A DNA stretch of 40,734 bases, from the IMG/VR virus record IMGVR_UViG_3300034032_000015, positions 1 to 40,734 of that record. One strand, given 5' to 3'. The translations under genes and the position numbers were made by a program. The DNA is from a virus. Taxonomy: Duplodnaviria; Caudoviricetes. Below are positions 36,473 to 40,734 of this stretch, piece by piece. The first letter of the stretch is position 1. Each line of letters begins with the position of its first letter. The notes under the pieces were generated by a model. That model saw nothing but the letters and a program-made list of their open reading frames with translations. It was not told where the DNA came from and did no database searches.

Positions 36473-36551
36473 TGGCGGCCTTTGTAGGACTCGAACCTAC
36501 ATCTCCCGGGCCATGGATATCCGGGTGTAATTTCCAGCTTACCATCAGACC
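36473..36551 (-). tRNA. aberrant tRNA (Trp-like, CCA) with an 11-nt anticodon loop
   Basis: GGTCTGA TG GTAA GCTGGAAA TTAC A CCCGG ATATCCATGGC CCGGG AGAT GTAGG TTCGAGT CCTAC AAAGGCC G CCA; D and T arms intact; two acceptor mismatches. Confidence 0.6.
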
Positions 36552-36562
36552 AATTCTAATCA

Positions 36563-36624
36563 GGTAGCTGGTCGCAAGTACCAGTCTTTACCGCCAACAA
36601 CATGGCGACCCAAACTTTACTACC
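36563..36624 (-). ncRNA. candidate small three-way-junction RNA between tRNAs
   Basis: GGTAG...CTACC closing stem enclosing CGCCA/TGGCG and CTGGT/ACCAG hairpins. Confidence 0.35.
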
Positions 36625-36630
36625 GCATTC

Positions 36631-36743
36631 TGGTGCAGAGGGCAGGATCCGAACCTGCACAGAACGGCAACACGGTCTAGGTTTATTCTGACGAAACCGC
36701 CTAGCAGTTGAACCGTTTGCTCTACCGATTGAGCTACCTCTGC
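36631..36743 (-). tRNA. tRNA-like RNA with a 45-nt structured insert replacing the anticodon loop
   Basis: Perfect acceptor GCAGAGG/CCTCTGC-A-CCA, D arm GCTC/GAGC, T arm GCAGG-TTCGGAT-CCTGC, anticodon stem AACGG/CCGTT. Confidence 0.75.
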
Positions 36744-36748
36744 GAAAC

Positions 36749-36825
36749 TGGCGGCGACAGCGGGACTTGAACCCGCGACCCCTGGCTTGACAAGCCAGTG
36801 CTCTAACCAACTGAGCTATATCGCC
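36749..36825 (-). tRNA. tRNA-Asp (GTC)
   Basis: GGCGATA TA GCTC AGTTGGTTA GAGC A CTGGC TTGTCAA GCCAG GGGTC GCGGG TTCAAGT CCCGC TGTCGCC G CCA; canonical cloverleaf with G73. Confidence 0.95.
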
Positions 36826-36827
36826 AT

Positions 36828-36960
36828 ATGATGCTGTTTGACCACACTCACAGACTAGTTGGCAGATGTCATGCGCTAATCCATTTGTGGGTAAGCGGTT
36901 ACCGGATCGCGGATTCTGGCGCCCTAAAGCACTCTGCCGCATCCGATGCCGCAGCACCAT
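36828..36960 (-). ncRNA. candidate 133-nt structured RNA at the 5' end of the tRNA transcript
   Basis: Starts at the predicted TSS; ends pair (ATGGTGCTG/CAGCATCAT); nested GGCAGA/TCTGCC, GCGC/GCGC and AATCC/GGATT. Confidence 0.45.
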
Positions 36961-36967
36961 GCAACAA

Positions 36968-36996
36968 ACTTTACAGCATGGTTTGCGTTAGCGCAA
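36968..36996 (-). promoter_or_regulatory. sigma70-type promoter for the RNA cluster and thyA operon
   Basis: A-rich upstream (ACAAACAAAAAGC), then TTGCGC(36996-36991)-17 bp-TAAAGT(36973-36968). Confidence 0.65.
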
Positions 36997-37280
36997 GCTT
37001 TTTGTTTGTGGAAATTGTTTGAGCGCAATGGATCTGTGGTTTTTATGCAGTTGGATACAATGATAGATCCTTTATGTAGATTTTTTCTATTTTTTTTTTC
37101 GGGAGGAAGTAGTGATTGAGATGGGAATCTGAAATGGGGGGGGGTGACTAATGATCAAGGTGATCAAGGTGATTCATTGAGGAATTCTATCAAGGGGACT
37201 TTGGATTTTACCTACAAAATATCACCCCGGACCTGGCAGAGCAGAAACGTTGCCAATTTACTTACAGACAGGCACCCGTA

Positions 37281-37364
37281 CACGCGCTACAAGCGCACGC
37301 ACGCGCTACACTGCACTAACCCCTATGTACTACGTTCCACGCGCTTGTACCCACGTTCCACGCG
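37281..37364. repeat. two pairs of short direct repeats in the divergent intergenic region
   Basis: CACGCGCTACA at 37281 and 37300; ACGTTCCACGCG at 37332 and 37353. Confidence 0.7.
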
Positions 37365-37578
37365 GTTTAAACCGCATTGCTATAGCACTGCACCTAGTAC
37401 CATGCACCATATACGCACACGATAGGTATTACCTATCCACCTGATAGATTTAAATGTGGACACTACTGTATATAAACCCATGGCCAGGCGCATCCGAACT
37501 GTTGATAGTTACTACATGCACTGCACACCGCAGTGCACCGCCGGGGTTGCCCGGTGGTAACTTTCTAAGGAGCAATAA

Positions 37579-38046
37579 ATGGCTAAGCAGAACAACGTAG
37601 TTGCAGTAGAGCAAGGTGTTGCAGCACAAGCAACTGTTGCAATTCCAGCAACCTTGCGCGCACTGCGTGTTGCACGTGTGCAAGTTGCACTGTACGCACG
37701 TCGCATTGCTGAAAAGAAACAAGCGTATGTTGCTCGTGTGCAAGCGAACAACCAGCGTGCATACATGCTTGCTGCACAGCAACTTGCTGCCCAGTACGGT
37801 TTGGACCCTGCACAGAACACCCTTGCTGTACGCGCTGTACATAGCAAGCAGCAGCACGCACCTAGCGCTGCACCAGGCGCATGCGCACGTGTACACGCGC
37901 TTGCAGAGCAATACAAGGGTGTGCGTGCTGATGTACTCGCTGCATGCAAGCTGGCTGGCATCAACCCTGCTACTGCCGCGACCCAATTTGCCAAGTGGCA
38001 GAAGGCACAAAAGGCAGTGGTCGTAGTAGCTGATACCGAAGAGTAA
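37579..38046 (+). CDS. early protein, Ala/Gln/Val-rich, with a C-terminal N.AT..TQ(F/Y)AKW domain
   Basis: SD TAAGGAG; first gene of the + early block; C-terminal motif shared with 39577-40242. Confidence 0.8.
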   Translation: MAKQNNVVAVEQGVAAQATVAIPATLRALRVARVQVALYARRIAEKKQAYVARVQANNQRAYMLAAQQLAAQYGLDPAQNTLAVRAVHSKQQHAPSAAPGACARVHALAEQYKGVRADVLAACKLAGINPATAATQFAKWQKAQKAVVVVADTEE

Positions 38047-38053
38047 TACAGCA

Positions 38054-38071
38054 ACACCCCGCAAGGGGTGT
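38054..38071 (+). terminator. GC-rich GNRA hairpin after the first early gene (weak terminator or stabiliser)
   Basis: ACACCCC-GCAA-GGGGTGT; lacks a U-tract. Confidence 0.4.
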
Positions 38072-38187
38072 ACTCCAAAGCGCATGTGTGACAGACGTGC
38101 TCGCTTTGTAGTACATCACGAACAAGATGGGTAAATACGCCCTCAGTAAGGTACTGTACGTCCCTTGGATGTGCATGCTGGTAGTAA

Positions 38188-38220
38188 GCCTACAAAGGTA
38201 GGTAATTGCTCTTTAACAAT
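38188..38220 (+). promoter_or_regulatory. rrn-type antitermination site (boxB-like hairpin + boxA)
   Basis: GCCTAC-AAAG-GTAGGT hairpin followed by TGCTCTTTAACAAT, an exact rrn boxA consensus. Confidence 0.75.
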
Positions 38221-38394
38221 TAGACACGCGCATGGGGTTCATTGGCGCAACAGACCGTGATTGCCAAAGTGCTATGACACGGATGACTAAACTCTAGACA
38301 ATACCAATGTAAGATAAACTAAAAGTAATCCGGTAGCTTGGCGTGCTAGGCTACCCGATGCACTTTTTGCATCTCCATATACAAAGGAACTAAA

Positions 38395-38586
38395 ATGAAA
38401 TATGCACTATTAGCAAGCGGAGTGTTTTTGCTCGCTCTGAGCTTTATGGGTGGCATTGTGATGGACGTACTGCCTAACTTGACCACACATATGTTCCAGA
38501 TCACAGGTTGCTGTGCAGTGGTCGGGATCGCACTGATCGGTTTCTACTTGTTGGAAAACGTCAGCGACCAAGAATTGGGAGGTTAA
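38395..38586 (+). CDS. small two-TM membrane protein (63 aa)
   Basis: SD AAAGGA; two hydrophobic segments. Confidence 0.65.
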   Translation: MKYALLASGVFLLALSFMGGIVMDVLPNLTTHMFQITGCCAVVGIALIGFYLLENVSDQELGG

Positions 38587-38588
38587 TC

Positions 38589-38687
38589 ATGGACACTACC
38601 GAAGCCACGATGCAAGACTGGTTAGATGCAATTGAAGAGCAGGAACAGCGCGATTTGTTGGAGCTGTTCTTTTTCGTGATTAAATAA
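38589..38687 (+). CDS. small acidic peptide (32 aa)
   Basis: Read by hand; SD GGGAGG; MDTTEATMQDWLDAIEEQEQ... Confidence 0.45.
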   Translation: MDTTEATMQDWLDAIEEQEQRDLLELFFFVIK

Positions 38688-38698
38688 GGAGTCTCAAA

Positions 38699-38848
38699 AT
38701 GAAATATACTGTCCGCTACAAGAAAGCAAACGCTCTGGAAATTCACGAGGCACATTTCGACAATCTCGAAGATGCTCAGCTCTGGTGGGATAGCATTGCA
38801 TATCTGCGCAAATATTATCAAGCACCAATGGAACCGCGTCCTCAGTAA
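38699..38848 (+). CDS. hypothetical protein (49 aa)
   Basis: Read by hand; SD TAAGGAG; MKYTVRYKKANALEIHEAHFDNLEDAQLWWD... Confidence 0.6.
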   Translation: MKYTVRYKKANALEIHEAHFDNLEDAQLWWDSIAYLRKYYQAPMEPRPQ

Positions 38849-38908
38849 AGCTGCAATGAAAGAGTCTGCGGGCTCTTTCGTGGCAATTTTGCCTATCTGG
38901 AGAATAAA

Positions 38909-39106
38909 ATGATTCTTGAAGATGGTTTCGGTTCCTTCAATACCGACGGGACGCCGTACGTTGAGCCCAACAAGCAAATTCTGGTTGTGATTGGTGGCGT
39001 GGCATTTTTTAGTCTGCCAGTTGGCCCTGCTGAAGCTAAAAGCGTTCTCGAATCTGTAAAACGCGCGGCTCCTAACACTGATCCAATGATCGTGGTGGCA
39101 TCATGA
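38909..39106 (+). CDS. hypothetical protein (65 aa)
   Basis: SD GGAG; ATGA overlap with the next gene. Confidence 0.6.
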   Translation: MILEDGFGSFNTDGTPYVEPNKQILVVIGGVAFFSLPVGPAEAKSVLESVKRAAPNTDPMIVVAS

Positions 39107-39357
39107 CTGTTCATGCTAACAAATTCGTGACCACAAACATCAAGTCTGTTGTTGAGCGTGCGAACGACATTCTGGTTGCACTCAAAGAGCTCGGTATGAA
39201 AGTTGAGGAGACTTATGAGTTCGCGAAGAAGCGCTCTGAAGATCGTCCTGACCGTTTTGAACGTGCTTCATGGGTTCTCGCTGTTCTTGAACTGCACGAT
39301 GCTATCGTGATGGATGGCGATGGTGTCAAAGCACCTATCACGAACGGCGGATTTTAA
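39103..39357 (+). CDS. hypothetical protein (84 aa)
   Basis: Operon packing; phage-like codon usage. Confidence 0.65.
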   Translation: MTVHANKFVTTNIKSVVERANDILVALKELGMKVEETYEFAKKRSEDRPDRFERASWVLAVLELHDAIVMDGDGVKAPITNGGF

Positions 39358-39494
39358 GGCCTCTCAGAAATAGTTGCTGTAAATCAGTTTCCGCTGTTGA
39401 ACGCTATTGCAAGCAAACGCCCAATAGTAACAATCAATGAGCTTTTTGTGCAGCAACACTTTACAATGGATGCATCAGTTGGGTAACACAAACA

Positions 39495-39546
39495 TTCACA
39501 CTGACGAGATCTAAATGATCGAAACGCCGTTCGCGGCGTCTGTGAA
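39495..39546 (+). ncRNA. type I hammerhead ribozyme
   Basis: TTCACA CTGACGA GATC TAAAT GATC GAAA CGCCG TTCG CGGCG TC TGTGAA: complete CUGANGA/GAAA core, GUC cleavage triplet, three fully paired stems. Confidence 0.92.
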
Positions 39547-39576
39547 ATTTTTCACTAACTCTCAAAAGGAAATATC

Positions 39577-40242
39577 ATGGCTAAGGCTACTACCGGTGTA
39601 ACCAGCGTCCGCAAGGCTACCAAAGCTGAACTGGCTAAGATCAACGCAGCCGCGAAAGCGAATCTGGAAGCGCCAAGCAAAGACCTCCACGTCATCAGCG
39701 ACGAACAGAAGGCAGCTGACGCGGAGGCTAACAAACAAGTTAAGGCTGACGCCTTCTCAGCGTTCGTTGCTCAGGGTACTGGTAGCGGTCCTGCCTTGAC
39801 TACCCCACCTGCCGCAATGGAAGCCTTCCAGAAAGATCTGGATGCGCTGAAGGCAAAACACGGCGTCCAAGCAACAGTCTCAGTGAAGCCCGCCAAGGCT
39901 GACAAGAAAATGCAGAACGGTATCGTTCGTCCAGGCGAAAACACTGTCTGCGGCAAGATCTGGGCGACGGCTGATGCAATCTCGCTCCAGATGCACGGTG
40001 TCTGCGCGATCGCTGCTCTCAAAGAGCACCCTGAGACCAAAGACGTCAATGACGCGACTCTCAAAACTCAGTACGCCAAGTGGCGCAAGTTCAACTTCGT
40101 GACCGGTCGCCTCCCGAAACTGCACGCTGTGCATCAAGTTGAAGGCCAGTACGACGGTCTGGCACCAATTGACCAGGCTACGAAGAATGCGGTCGCTGAA
40201 GCTCTCAACGCTCTCGCCGGCGGCAAACCTAAAGCTGAATAA
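39577..40242 (+). CDS. Ala/Lys-rich early protein with a C-terminal N.AT..TQ(F/Y)AKW domain
   Basis: SD AAAGGA; strong codon bias; VCGKIWATAD...NDATLKTQYAKWRK. Confidence 0.85.
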   Translation: MAKATTGVTSVRKATKAELAKINAAAKANLEAPSKDLHVISDEQKAADAEANKQVKADAFSAFVAQGTGSGPALTTPPAAMEAFQKDLDALKAKHGVQATVSVKPAKADKKMQNGIVRPGENTVCGKIWATADAISLQMHGVCAIAALKEHPETKDVNDATLKTQYAKWRKFNFVTGRLPKLHAVHQVEGQYDGLAPIDQATKNAVAEALNALAGGKPKAE

Positions 40243-40264
40243 TCTCAGTTTCGCTCCACCAGAT

Positions 40265-40286
40265 GGGACCTTCGGGTCCCTTTTTT
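40265..40286 (+). terminator. intrinsic terminator
   Basis: GGGACC-TTCG-GGTCCC-TTTTTT. Confidence 0.9.
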
Positions 40287-40312
40287 ATTGCCTAAAATAG
40301 GATAACCACATT

Positions 40313-40504
40313 ATGTTGAACTACATCAAGAGTCTCTTTATCCCGAAGGTTGAAACACCTGCCATGATCGTGGCTCGGGAAGTAAATGAAACCTCGATTG
40401 ACCTGCTTAAAGCTTCAAAAGAGCTTGAATATTGGCATTCGCAGTGCCAGATGCTCGATCAACGTGGCAAGCGACTGCTTGAGTTGACGAAACGTGTTAA
40501 TTAA
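40313..40504 (+). CDS. hypothetical protein (63 aa)
   Basis: Upstream TAGGA; helical C-terminus. Confidence 0.6.
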   Translation: MLNYIKSLFIPKVETPAMIVAREVNETSIDLLKASKELEYWHSQCQMLDQRGKRLLELTKRVN

Positions 40505-40734
40505 TCAGTAATTCTGACAATCTTAGCCGTGTGACAGACGGTTAAGGTGGTACGAATTAGGGTAGGTAGGTATAAAAGTCGTTAATCACCCTATACAGAA
40601 CAGGCAAAATAGTAGAAGGTGATAATAAAGGGGTTTTCTATAGGTAACTATGTATATATTAGTAGTTATTAGTAATTATTTAGCTGTTTTTTCATATATA
40701 CCCCCCTTCTCTCCCCCTATACACCCCCAAACAC

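Noticed and set aside
36552-36630. HDV-like (theta) ribozyme downstream of the tRNA 3' end
   Set aside because: No complement to the first 7 nt after CCA and no nested double-pseudoknot pattern found by eye.
36680-36705. CTGACGAAAC hammerhead-like core on the + strand
   Set aside because: No stem II between CUGANGA and GAAA, and it is antisense to the tRNA-like RNA.
36631-36743. Calling this tRNA-Leu(CAA) or an opal suppressor (TCA) with an intron
   Set aside because: No simple excision gives a canonical loop with purine 37 for Leu, it lacks a long variable arm, and genes here use TGA stops normally, so no recoding is implied.
37150-37370. CRISPR-like array from short direct repeats
   Set aside because: Repeats are 9-12 bp, occur only in pairs with no regular spacers, and no cas genes are present.
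37450-38085. Cys-rich - strand ORFs (211 and 188 aa) and alternate + frame ORFs
   Set aside because: By-products of the GA/TC-poor, TGCA-rich composition with few TGA stops; only 37579-38046 has a strong SD and a shared domain.
1-40734. Prophage or temperate lifestyle
   Set aside because: No integrase, repressor, att-like duplication or host genes in the window; cannot be excluded for the unseen part of the genome.

Overview
Most of a tailed dsDNA phage genome (siphovirus, Gram-negative host) with no integrase or repressor in view. + strand 95-4402 is the end of a replication operon: beta-clamp-like protein, DUF2493/SLOG protein and family B DNA polymerase, a gene set resembling 9g/Seurat/CAjan-type phages. 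- strand 4485-31871 is a complete morphogenesis and lysis block: TerS, TerL, portal, scaffold, P22-like capsid, a five-gene appendage-like insert, neck/tail genes, a frameshifted tail chaperone, a 1936-aa tape measure, tail tip/fibre, two holin-like genes, an M15 endolysin and embedded spanins. - strand 32058-36996 carries VRR-NUC, a minimal kinase-fold protein, ThyA, small ORFs and an RNA cluster with one canonical tRNA-Asp, two tRNA bodies with aberrant anticodon arms and two further structured segments. + strand 37579-40504 is an early-type region rich in RNA structure, with an rrn-type boxB/boxA and a type I hammerhead ribozyme. The most unusual signal is a set of discrete islands almost free of the GA/TC dinucleotide over promoters, operon junctions and the first early gene, with all four clear promoters using TTGCnn rather than TTGACA. 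This suggests avoidance of a GA-directed DNA modification or attack. Counts and folds were done by eye; no database searches were run.
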